From the IMG/VR virus record IMGVR_UViG_3300030202_001144, positions 1-62,896 of that record: a DNA stretch of 62,896 nt, one strand, 5' to 3'. This DNA is from a virus. Taxonomy: Duplodnaviria; Caudoviricetes. The first letter of the stretch is position 1. Each line of letters opens with the position of its first letter. The notes under the pieces were generated by a model. The model was not told where the DNA came from. It searched no databases and saw nothing but the letters and a program-made list of their open reading frames with translations. Shown here piece by piece: positions 47,995 to 54,725 of this stretch. The translations under genes were made by a program, and so were the position numbers.

Positions 47995-48456
47995 TTATGA
48001 ATATACTCTAATTTCTATAGATCCAGCTACTAATTTAGCGTCAGCACCACCAGTTAATATAGTTATTATACTTGTGCTTGTTCTTGTCCATCTAACCACT
48101 GTTCCGTCGTTATTACCACCGTTTACGAACACTTGTACTTTGTCAGCTGTAAAAGGCGTACCAGAATTTGTTATTGTATAAACACCTGCACCTGTTCTTG
48201 CTAATGTCATTGTGCCAGGTATAGTATTTTGTAGCTGAATTGATGTTGGAGCGTTAGTTCCAGTCTGTGTTAATAACGCGGAGTACAGTGTATAACCTAA
48301 TGTTCCGATAGATTTAGCTAAATCGGTTATTTGTTGTACTGTAAAATTTCTTGTTTTGTTAGTATCTCCCTCTATATTTGGATCCGCAAGCTGAGTTCCA
48401 AGAACCATATCGCTTGCTTTGGGAGTTCCTACTGTATATGTGCTTATATCTGCCAT
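47995..48456 (-). CDS. Virion structural protein
   Basis: YSALLTQTGTNAP..RTGAGVY..IEIRVY beta domain. Confidence 0.55.
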   Translation of the reverse strand: MADISTYTVGTPKASDMVLGTQLADPNIEGDTNKTRNFTVQQITDLAKSIGTLGYTLYSALLTQTGTNAPTSIQLQNTIPGTMTLARTGAGVYTITNSGTPFTADKVQVFVNGGNNDGTVVRWTRTSTSIITILTGGADAKLVAGSIEIRVYS

Positions 48457-48467
48457 TTTTTGCTATT

Positions 48468-48707
48468 TTAACTTTTTGGTTTTGTTCCTTTACCGTAATT
48501 ACCTCTATTTTGCGCTACTTTTACGAATCTTTTTTTAGTATGATCGTAATCTTTGTCTAACAACCAGTTAATACCGTGTTTTTTTGCAGCTTTTCTTCTT
48601 TTTCGCTGATTTTCTGCCTTTTTTTGTCTTCTACTAGGCGTTTTTGCAGCGGCAAGATCTCTTTTTGCTTTTGCTTTAGCGGCTTTAGGACTTAGTTTTT
48701 GAGGCAT
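48468..48707 (-). CDS. Small basic protein (degenerate HNH-like tail)
   Basis: K/R-rich; DYDH...NRG. Confidence 0.55.
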   Translation of the reverse strand: MPQKLSPKAAKAKAKRDLAAAKTPSRRQKKAENQRKRRKAAKKHGINWLLDKDYDHTKKRFVKVAQNRGNYGKGTKPKS

Positions 48708-48712
48708 TTTTT

Positions 48713-49075
48713 TTATAAATTAGAATAACCAGCTCCTTTTGCAAAAATTTTCATGAAATTATTAACTCTATCTTTAAATGAAGGTTTTGTAACTGGCTTC
48801 GGTAATACAGGAGCAGTTCCTGTTGAATCATTTACTGGTACAGGCTTAGGTCTAGTATCATCATGCTTCTTTCTTTCTGCTGCATCTGCTAAATCTTTAG
48901 CCTTTGCATTAGCAAATTTATCATGAACTTCATATTTAGCTGCTTGAGCTAATGAATCAAGCTTAGAAACATGATTTTGTTTACCTGGATGTCCTTTTCC
49001 ACCGTCTTTTTTGCTGGCATGAACCGCTTTTCTTTGTGCTGCAGACTTATATCCGCCGTGTTTACCTTTTCCCAT
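48713..49075 (-). CDS. Basic low-complexity protein, first gene of the late arm
   Basis: GYKSAAQRKAVHA motif; HPGKQ. Confidence 0.65.
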   Translation of the reverse strand: MGKGKHGGYKSAAQRKAVHASKKDGGKGHPGKQNHVSKLDSLAQAAKYEVHDKFANAKAKDLADAAERKKHDDTRPKPVPVNDSTGTAPVLPKPVTKPSFKDRVNNFMKIFAKGAGYSNL

Positions 49076-49101
49076 AATTTTTTATTTAGAGTGTATATAT
49101 A

Positions 49102-49130
49102 TATCCTTACAGGTTTTTTAGCTAATTTAC
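49102..49130 (-). promoter_or_regulatory. Class 2 promoter GTAAA-N15-GTAAGGATA at the head of the late arm
   Basis: Conserved spacing; intergenic, upstream of 49075. Confidence 0.6.
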
Positions 49131-49167
49131 ATTGTGACACAGCTACTTATTAATAATAGTATATATA

Positions 49168-49190
49168 GATATTATACTTAGTATAATATC
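49168..49190. repeat. Perfect 11-bp inverted repeat at the divergent switch
   Basis: GATATTATACT-T-AGTATAATATC. Confidence 0.85.
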
Positions 49191-49371
49191 ATAAGGGGTT
49201 ACTTATAGAGGGTTATGGGGTTACTACCTATTTTTTGACATAGCTTTTTTTTAGGAAAGTCGTTTTGTTTTTGCCGGGTTGCCCTTTGTTTTAGAGATTT
49301 GCAATAACGTTTTTACCTTTGGTTTGTAATACCGTCTAGCTTTTTAGCTTTTTTTATAGTGCTATGCGAGT

Positions 49372-49440
49372 CACGGACTTGCGAGTGAATGATTACGATG
49401 GAAACTTCACGGACTTATGTCTATGTTATGTAGATACTAT
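49372..49440 (+). promoter_or_regulatory. Tandem class 1 promoters P1 (degenerate -10) and P2: GGACTT-N16-GATACTAT
   Basis: CACGGACTT at 49372 and 49408. Confidence 0.75.
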
Positions 49441-49465
49441 ATTTGAATTTAAAAAATAATATACT

Positions 49466-49720
49466 ATGAGTAACACAAAGAAAACTAAAGTAAACACATT
49501 GCAAACTAAAAGATTTGTAATACGTAAGTCATTAATCGGTAAGAATACTGTAATCGTATTCACTAATCACAAAGGTGATAAATGCGAGTACAATCACGAT
49601 GTAGTCTATAACCAATTAAAAGACAAGTTCGAGTCAATGCCATGCTTCGCTAAGTATTCCAGTTATACCAATAGCAAGAATCTACCAAAGTTTGTCCGTG
49701 ACTTAGAAGTCATTATGTAG
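49466..49720 (+). CDS. Early hypothetical protein, paralog A
   Basis: ORF track; highly similar to the next gene. Confidence 0.85.
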   Translation: MSNTKKTKVNTLQTKRFVIRKSLIGKNTVIVFTNHKGDKCEYNHDVVYNQLKDKFESMPCFAKYSSYTNSKNLPKFVRDLEVIM

Positions 49721-49727
49721 TGTAAGC

Positions 49728-49758
49728 AAAGAGGTAACTTCGGTTGCCTCTTTCTTTT
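49728..49758 (+). terminator. Intrinsic terminator
   Basis: AAAGAGGTAAC-TTCG-GTTGCCTCTTT followed by CTTTT. Confidence 0.85.
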
Positions 49759-49779
49759 ACCCTCTGCCCTGACCTTCAC

Positions 49780-49809
49780 GGACTTGCATAATGATTTAAA
49801 CGATACTAT
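49780..49809 (+). promoter_or_regulatory. Class 1 promoter P3
   Basis: GGACTT-N16-GATACTAT. Confidence 0.8.
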
Positions 49810-49834
49810 TTCTGAATTTAAAAAATATATAACT

Positions 49835-50074
49835 ATGAGTAAAAATCAAAACTTAGTCACAAAAAGGTTTGTCATTAGAAAGACCTTAATTGGTAAAAAT
49901 GTAGTAATTACTTTTACTAATAAAAACAACGAGCAATGCACTTATAACCATGACCTGGTTTATAATCAACTAAAAGAGAAGTTTGATAATATGCCTTGCT
50001 TCAATAAATATGGCAATTATACTAACACTAATAACTTACCTAAGTTTGTTAGAGATTTAAAGAAATTAGTATAA
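49835..50074 (+). CDS. Early hypothetical protein, paralog B
   Basis: ATG at 49835; TKRFVIRK.LIGKN...NLPKFVRDL shared with paralog A. Confidence 0.85.
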   Translation: MSKNQNLVTKRFVIRKTLIGKNVVITFTNKNNEQCTYNHDLVYNQLKEKFDNMPCFNKYGNYTNTNNLPKFVRDLKKLV

Positions 50075-50081
50075 TTAATTA

Positions 50082-50127
50082 GTGACATTAGGCTATTACT
50101 ATTATAATCTTAATAGCCTTTTGTCAT
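50082..50127 (+). terminator. Hairpin, probable terminator
   Basis: GACA.AGGCTATTA / TAATAGCCT.TGTC inverted repeat. Confidence 0.55.
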
Positions 50128-50155
50128 TTATTATTCTAACTGATGTCACCTCCAC

Positions 50156-50185
50156 GGACTTGCGTGATATTCCTTGCGATAATAT
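50156..50185 (+). promoter_or_regulatory. Class 1 promoter P4
   Basis: GGACTT-N16-GATAATAT. Confidence 0.8.
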
Positions 50186-50261
50186 ATATAACAAGTTGCA
50201 CATCAAGAGATAGTGCATTGAGCATACTAACAATTTTTAATAACTAAATAAATTATCACCT

Positions 50262-50498
50262 ATGAACTATGAAGAACTAAACTACTTACTAGCTCAACAT
50301 ACTGAGATAAACTACGTAGATGACTGCGAAGTTTTCTTTGATGATAATAACTTAAACATAGAAGACTACAAAGATTATAAATTTATACTCTTTGAATACA
50401 CCTCTGATATGGTTGAACTAATTGAATCACTCACGTCTAACAACATAAAATACACTAAAGAAACTGACGAGTGGGGACTAGATTATATATTAATCTAA
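50262..50498 (+). CDS. Small acidic early protein
   Basis: ORF track. Confidence 0.7.
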   Translation: MNYEELNYLLAQHTEINYVDDCEVFFDDNNLNIEDYKDYKFILFEYTSDMVELIESLTSNNIKYTKETDEWGLDYILI

Positions 50499-50501
50499 CA
50501 C

Positions 50502-50531
50502 AGACTTAATAATAACAAGTAACGATAATAT
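50502..50531 (+). promoter_or_regulatory. Class 1 promoter P5 (probably leaderless)
   Basis: AGACTT-N16-GATAATAT; ATG 6 nt after GATAAT. Confidence 0.75.
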
Positions 50532-50535
50532 TAAT

Positions 50536-50784
50536 ATGGAAAATTTATACGAACAACTGCTACCTAAAGTAAAATACGGTCTTAATAAAAACAAGGCTAG
50601 TTATAGTAGCACAGTAAAACATATCATCGCTAAGCTTCATGTTTACGATAGATATACTCAAATGACAATAGAAGAAATACGAACACTAGCTACCTTTTCT
50701 GATCAAGATTTATTTACTTGGTCTACATTCGATTGGAAATGGGGCAATAAATTATTTAAACAAGATGAAGAAAAAAAATCATAA
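50536..50784 (+). CDS. Hypothetical early protein
   Basis: ORF track. Confidence 0.7.
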   Translation: MENLYEQLLPKVKYGLNKNKASYSSTVKHIIAKLHVYDRYTQMTIEEIRTLATFSDQDLFTWSTFDWKWGNKLFKQDEEKKS

Positions 50785-50929
50785 AACAATAGTAAAAGTA
50801 ACAGACTTAATTATTCAAGCGTGGATATATAGTTTGATGGGTTTAACTATCATTGGTATGTTAACTTTAATATTTGGTTTTATTACTGGTGAAGCAGATT
50901 TTCCTGCATCATTTGGTATATATGGATAA
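50765..50929 (+). CDS. 54-aa membrane protein (not in ORF track)
   Basis: MKKKNHKTIVKVTDLIIQAWIYSLMGLTIIGMLTLIFGFITGEADFPASFGIYG. Confidence 0.6.
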   Translation: MKKKNHKTIVKVTDLIIQAWIYSLMGLTIIGMLTLIFGFITGEADFPASFGIYG

Positions 50930-50944
50930 GCCTCTAGAGGCAAT

Positions 50945-50992
50945 GGAGCATACTACGGTACTAAGGTGTGGGTTCGACTCCCACTATGCTCC
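50945..50992 (+). ncRNA. 48-nt mini tRNA-like element (acceptor plus T arm only)
   Basis: GGAGCATA/TATGCTCC stem plus GTGGG-TTCGACT-CCCAC. Confidence 0.7.
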
Positions 50993-51006
50993 CTAAAATT
51001 ATAATT

Positions 51007-51366
51007 ATGAATTGGAAACAAAAACAACTATGGCTTGAAGACTGCTTTGTAAGAGCTATGCTTCATGAACATAATATTGTAGAAACTACTACAAAAAGAC
51101 AATGGCGTAATGGTACACGTCAGTTTAAGTTACCAACAGGTCAAACGCTAGCAACCTATAAATCAGGTATGGTTCGTAGATGTGATAGTAGTGACAGAGT
51201 TTATCAGATTAATCCTCAATATAAAAGAAAAGTTAGATGGATGTATCTTGATGGTATTGATTTAGTCACAAAAGAATACACAACTACGTCACGAGTAAAG
51301 ATCTGGTCAGGTTTAGCTAGACTAAACTATTTATTACAGTATTATCTTAAAAACTATAAAAAATGA
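51007..51366 (+). CDS. Basic hypothetical early protein
   Basis: Start moved to ATG 51007, after the tRNA-like element. Confidence 0.7.
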   Translation: MNWKQKQLWLEDCFVRAMLHEHNIVETTTKRQWRNGTRQFKLPTGQTLATYKSGMVRRCDSSDRVYQINPQYKRKVRWMYLDGIDLVTKEYTTTSRVKIWSGLARLNYLLQYYLKNYKK

Positions 51367-51578
51367 ATGGAGACTTATATTTATTTGTACTAGACTTTGA
51401 AGATGGTAGAGTGTATAAATACTTATACCCTGAAGTTGTACAAAACGAGGATGGTAAGGTTGTGGAAAATGACCACGAATCTTATTTAGTCCAGTTAGGA
51501 CATAAAGCAACTAACTGTGAATGGATGATAACTAAATACGAAGAAATAATAGATGAAGCATACACAAAATTTAATTAG
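51363..51578 (+). CDS. Hypothetical protein
   Basis: ORF track; ATGA overlap. Confidence 0.65.
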   Translation: MNGDLYLFVLDFEDGRVYKYLYPEVVQNEDGKVVENDHESYLVQLGHKATNCEWMITKYEEIIDEAYTKFN

Positions 51579-51750
51579 TAAACTATTGATGTTTGCATTA
51601 GTTTACTTTGTAGGTATTTTTACTGCTATGTATTACTGCTACAAGCAACCACTTGATGAGCATATTCTAATACATAATAGAGAAATTAATTTTCCTGATC
51701 AAGAATGTTATACTAGGTCAGACATACACTTAATAATATATGGTGAATAA
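51553..51750 (+). CDS. Small membrane protein
   Basis: N-terminal TM helix. Confidence 0.6.
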   Translation: MKHTQNLISKLLMFALVYFVGIFTAMYYCYKQPLDEHILIHNREINFPDQECYTRSDIHLIIYGE

Positions 51751-51759
51751 TATCTACAC

Positions 51760-51789
51760 GAACTTAATAAAATTTACTTCAGATAATAT
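51760..51789 (+). promoter_or_regulatory. Class 1 promoter P6
   Basis: GAACTT-N16-GATAATAT. Confidence 0.75.
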
Positions 51790-51809
51790 TAATGTAAAAA
51801 ATAATTATT

Positions 51810-51998
51810 ATGTGGTGTAAATGTGGTAACAAACTGCCGCAAGTCAGAGTTGACTACGGCTATAAAAAATGTGTGCAATGTTCTGATACAGAGCAAGTTA
51901 GCTATGTACCAATCATTACTCACAAAACTGGTAACACAATACAAATTGTTAGTCAAGCAGTATCTGCCAGTGTACATAAAGCTTGGCGACGTAAATAA
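51810..51998 (+). CDS. DksA/TraR-like C4 zinc-finger protein
   Basis: CKCG..LP..R...GYKKCVQC. Confidence 0.6.
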   Translation: MWCKCGNKLPQVRVDYGYKKCVQCSDTEQVSYVPIITHKTGNTIQIVSQAVSASVHKAWRRK

Positions 51999-52005
51999 AA
52001 TAACT

Positions 52006-52197
52006 ATGGCAAAAATGAAAGAATTAGATCGAGTTGCACAAGTTGTAGCCGAGAATATGTTAGAACAATTATATGAGAATATACATTGGTCTATGCCCGC
52101 AGATGAAAATCTTGAAGGCGATGAATACATGCAAATGCATAACTATATAATGTCAAGAGCATTACATTATATGTTTAAACTTACAAAAAAGAAATAA
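52006..52197 (+). CDS. Hypothetical protein
   Basis: Start moved to MAKMKELD. Confidence 0.65.
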   Translation: MAKMKELDRVAQVVAENMLEQLYENIHWSMPADENLEGDEYMQMHNYIMSRALHYMFKLTKKK

Positions 52198-52199
52198 CT

Positions 52200-52325
52200 A
52201 TGGAATGGTATGATTATATGAATCCACACGACCAACCAGAATATCAGTGTTGTGTATGTGAAAAACCATTACAAAATGATGAAAGATATTGCAGTCATGA
52301 CTGCTTTAAAGCCGATATGCGATAG
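52200..52325 (+). CDS. 41-aa zinc-ribbon protein, YacG/DUF2116-like (not in ORF track)
   Basis: MEWYDYMNPHDQPEYQCCVCEKPLQNDERYCSHDCFKADMR. Confidence 0.65.
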   Translation: MEWYDYMNPHDQPEYQCCVCEKPLQNDERYCSHDCFKADMR

Positions 52326-52427
52326 TGTTTTTCATAGTTATATAGTAGCATATTGGCAAACAACCGGAAGCGCACCGCTAACACCTACAATTTAACATAG
52401 GTAAGTTATGAGCGACTCGAGGTTGGT

Positions 52428-52527
52428 TGACTAGGTCAGGTTGTGGTAGATAAAGCTAGGGTGAAATAGACCAATGATGTGGTTCTACTGGCTACGACGG
52501 TATGAGGTTCGAGTCCTCACTAGTCAC
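52428..52527 (+). ncRNA. 100-nt tRNA-like RNA without a canonical anticodon arm
   Basis: TGACTAG/CTAGTCA acceptor, TGAGG-TTCGAGT-CCTCA T arm, internal GTTGTGGT/GCTACGAC stem. Confidence 0.7.
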
Positions 52528-52678
52528 TAATAGGGTAAAACACGAAGGACGGTTAGCTTAACGTCAAAAACATTATGTGGTGTCTACGGAGTAATTACCG
52601 AGTGACGTACGGAAGTGTATTATGTGAGACGGCGAACCCCTGAAAGCGTGGGTATGTGCACGATACCACCCTTGACAT

Positions 52679-52750
52679 AGCGGGATAGAGCAGTGGTAGC
52701 TCGCAAGGCTCATAACCTTGAGGTCGTAGGTTCGACTCCTACTCCCGCAA
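52679..52750 (+). tRNA. tRNA-Met (CAT), initiator type
   Basis: Full cloverleaf; 1:72 A-A mismatch, A11:U24, anticodon CAT; CCA not encoded. Confidence 0.92.
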
Positions 52751-52770
52751 CTAATTTTAAATCTAAAACT

Positions 52771-53304
52771 ATGGCAACAAGAAATATGATTATGGTTGTA
52801 CCAGAAGAGTACGGCTTCAATGAACATGGTCTAATGACTGCGGTTCCTAACAGTGTAGAAGAAAAAAGCTACCTTAATTTATACATGCATCATGATGGTT
52901 ATCCTGAATGGCAAGGTGTACAACTAGCAAATTGGAGATTAGCTAATCCAACTATGGATATAGCTCGTGCTTCAGCTAAACTAGCACGTGATATGTACTA
53001 TGACAGTAGCTATTTATATCCATCAGTAAATAGTATTGATCACCAATATACTTACATAGTATGGGTCGGTAAAGAAAATAATAAAATATCTTGCTTTGAT
53101 AGATATAATAGTAAACATGTATTTACTATGACACCTAATGAAATTAAAACTAAGTATGCAGGCGATATGGATTATACTGATTTTGCTAAAGGTGAAACTA
53201 GATGTCGCCGTAATAATACAATTTCAAAAGAAGAATTAGCTACATATAATAAAGTTAGAGCTAATGCACAGAATATAATAGATATATTAACCCATTCGGA
53301 CTAA
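52771..53304 (+). CDS. Conserved phage protein (YxHxDGYP family)
   Basis: MATR...LYMHHDGYPE; start moved out of the tRNA. Confidence 0.75.
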   Translation: MATRNMIMVVPEEYGFNEHGLMTAVPNSVEEKSYLNLYMHHDGYPEWQGVQLANWRLANPTMDIARASAKLARDMYYDSSYLYPSVNSIDHQYTYIVWVGKENNKISCFDRYNSKHVFTMTPNEIKTKYAGDMDYTDFAKGETRCRRNNTISKEELATYNKVRANAQNIIDILTHSD

Positions 53305-53327
53305 AATAAATTAACTCACGATAATAT
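53298..53327 (+). promoter_or_regulatory. Class 1 promoter P7
   Basis: GGACTA-N16-GATAATAT. Confidence 0.7.
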
Positions 53328-53354
53328 AAATGTATAACAAATAAAAATTAGATT

Positions 53355-53570
53355 ATGAGAACTATTAAATTCAAAGGTAAAGACACAATGTTTATTGACG
53401 GTGTTGAGTACAAAGGTTACACAGTTGGTAATCTGCCAAATTCATTTGGTTTTAAAGAAAAATATTTAGGCACAGATGAAGAGGGTAATGACCAATACAA
53501 ATATGGTAAATCAAAGTGGTTTAAATTCAGAAGTTTAACTTGGTTAGAAAAACCTCCAACACCTTGGTAA
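53355..53570 (+). CDS. Hypothetical protein
   Basis: ORF track. Confidence 0.7.
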   Translation: MRTIKFKGKDTMFIDGVEYKGYTVGNLPNSFGFKEKYLGTDEEGNDQYKYGKSKWFKFRSLTWLEKPPTPW

Positions 53571-53571
53571 T

Positions 53572-53832
53572 ATGGATTCAAAGAAAAAATATGAACAAAT
53601 GGTAGAAGACGGAGATATAGTTCCTACATATGCTAGAGAATTATATGAGTTATCTAAACTACCTCCGCCAAAGCCAAGGCCTTTAGGTACAATGATAGTA
53701 CCTGATGAAGCTAATGCTAGAGAATTATGGGAACAATACTTTAAAGCTAATAGTCCTGGTATATATGGATGGGAAGAGTTTGAAATAGCTTACTCATTCA
53801 TGATCTGGTGCTATGGAAAACGAAAAAGATGA
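53572..53832 (+). CDS. Hypothetical protein
   Basis: ORF track. Confidence 0.65.
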   Translation: MDSKKKYEQMVEDGDIVPTYARELYELSKLPPPKPRPLGTMIVPDEANARELWEQYFKANSPGIYGWEEFEIAYSFMIWCYGKRKR

Positions 53833-54026
53833 GAAAATTTAGAAGATACAAAGAAAACTTAAGACGAGTAGGTAATGATATATGGTCTTACTCTACTCAT
53901 GTCGCAACAATAGAATATCCTGGTAAACTAATACAACATGGTTGGTGGAGTGTAACAACACAGAAACATATTAACTATGTAGCAAGAGAATTATGTTTAA
54001 CTATTGAAAAGGATTATACAGATTAA
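53829..54026 (+). CDS. Conserved small phage protein (SYxTxVA...WSxTTxKHIN)
   Basis: Motif recognised; ATGA overlap. Confidence 0.7.
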   Translation: MRKFRRYKENLRRVGNDIWSYSTHVATIEYPGKLIQHGWWSVTTQKHINYVARELCLTIEKDYTD

Positions 54027-54031
54027 TTAAC

Positions 54032-54177
54032 GGGCGCGATAAGGTATTGACCGAGACGTGGTAACAGTAAGCTAAGAACAGTCACAACTCACCAGGGAAT
54101 CCCATGGTTGACCGTACGGCTGAGACGCTGAATCCAACCGAGTCATGGTAACGCAGGTTCGAGTCCTGCCGCGTCCA
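54032..54177 (+). ncRNA. Miniature tmRNA-like RNA (146 nt)
   Basis: GGGCGCG/CGCGTCC acceptor with G3-U70, discriminator A, stemless D loop ending TTGAC, T arm GCAGG-TTCGAGT-CCTGC. Confidence 0.7.
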
Positions 54178-54197
54178 CTAACTTTAAATTTAAAACA

Positions 54198-54662
54198 ATG
54201 GCAGAATTATTAACTGATGAAATCATCAAAGAAAAATTAGAGATGGATGGCTTTATGGAAGAGCCAGATGCTCCTTGGTTACTAGAATATATTTCAACAG
54301 AGTATGGTGGTAACTTAGATAATACAACAGACTTTGTAGATGACAAATGGACTTTAAAAATATACAGTGAAATGACCTACGATGGTTACGATATATTTTG
54401 GTGTACTCATGAAGATAAACCTTATGTATCTCAAGACGGTTATTATTATGAAGACTATAATGAATGGTCAGACAAAGCAGTACAAGAACTAACTAGTGGT
54501 AACAATGTATGGGTAGATCCTAATCTATGGTCAGACATGGAGTTTGACTTTAACCATGAGCTAGAACATTGGTGGCAAGATATATATGAAGAGTATTGGG
54601 ATCAGTATAAAGAAGAATTATTAGACTCAGGAGATTATTATGAAGAAGAAGATAAAGGATAA
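54198..54662 (+). CDS. Highly acidic aromatic-rich protein
   Basis: About 44 D/E versus about 8 K and no R by manual count. Confidence 0.75.
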   Translation: MAELLTDEIIKEKLEMDGFMEEPDAPWLLEYISTEYGGNLDNTTDFVDDKWTLKIYSEMTYDGYDIFWCTHEDKPYVSQDGYYYEDYNEWSDKAVQELTSGNNVWVDPNLWSDMEFDFNHELEHWWQDIYEEYWDQYKEELLDSGDYYEEEDKG

Positions 54663-54725
54663 TGCAGAACAAATATGCATTATAGTATTTGTAATAGCTT
54701 ATACTATAATAGTAAATAGTTGATA

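Noticed and set aside
50802-50830. AGACTT...GATATAT as another class 1 promoter
   Set aside because: Spacer is 15 nt, the -10 box is off-consensus, and it lies inside a CDS
52693-52770. N-terminal ORF extensions in the track (also 50968-51006 and 49784-49834)
   Set aside because: They run through tRNA, tRNA-like or promoter sequence; downstream ATGs have better context
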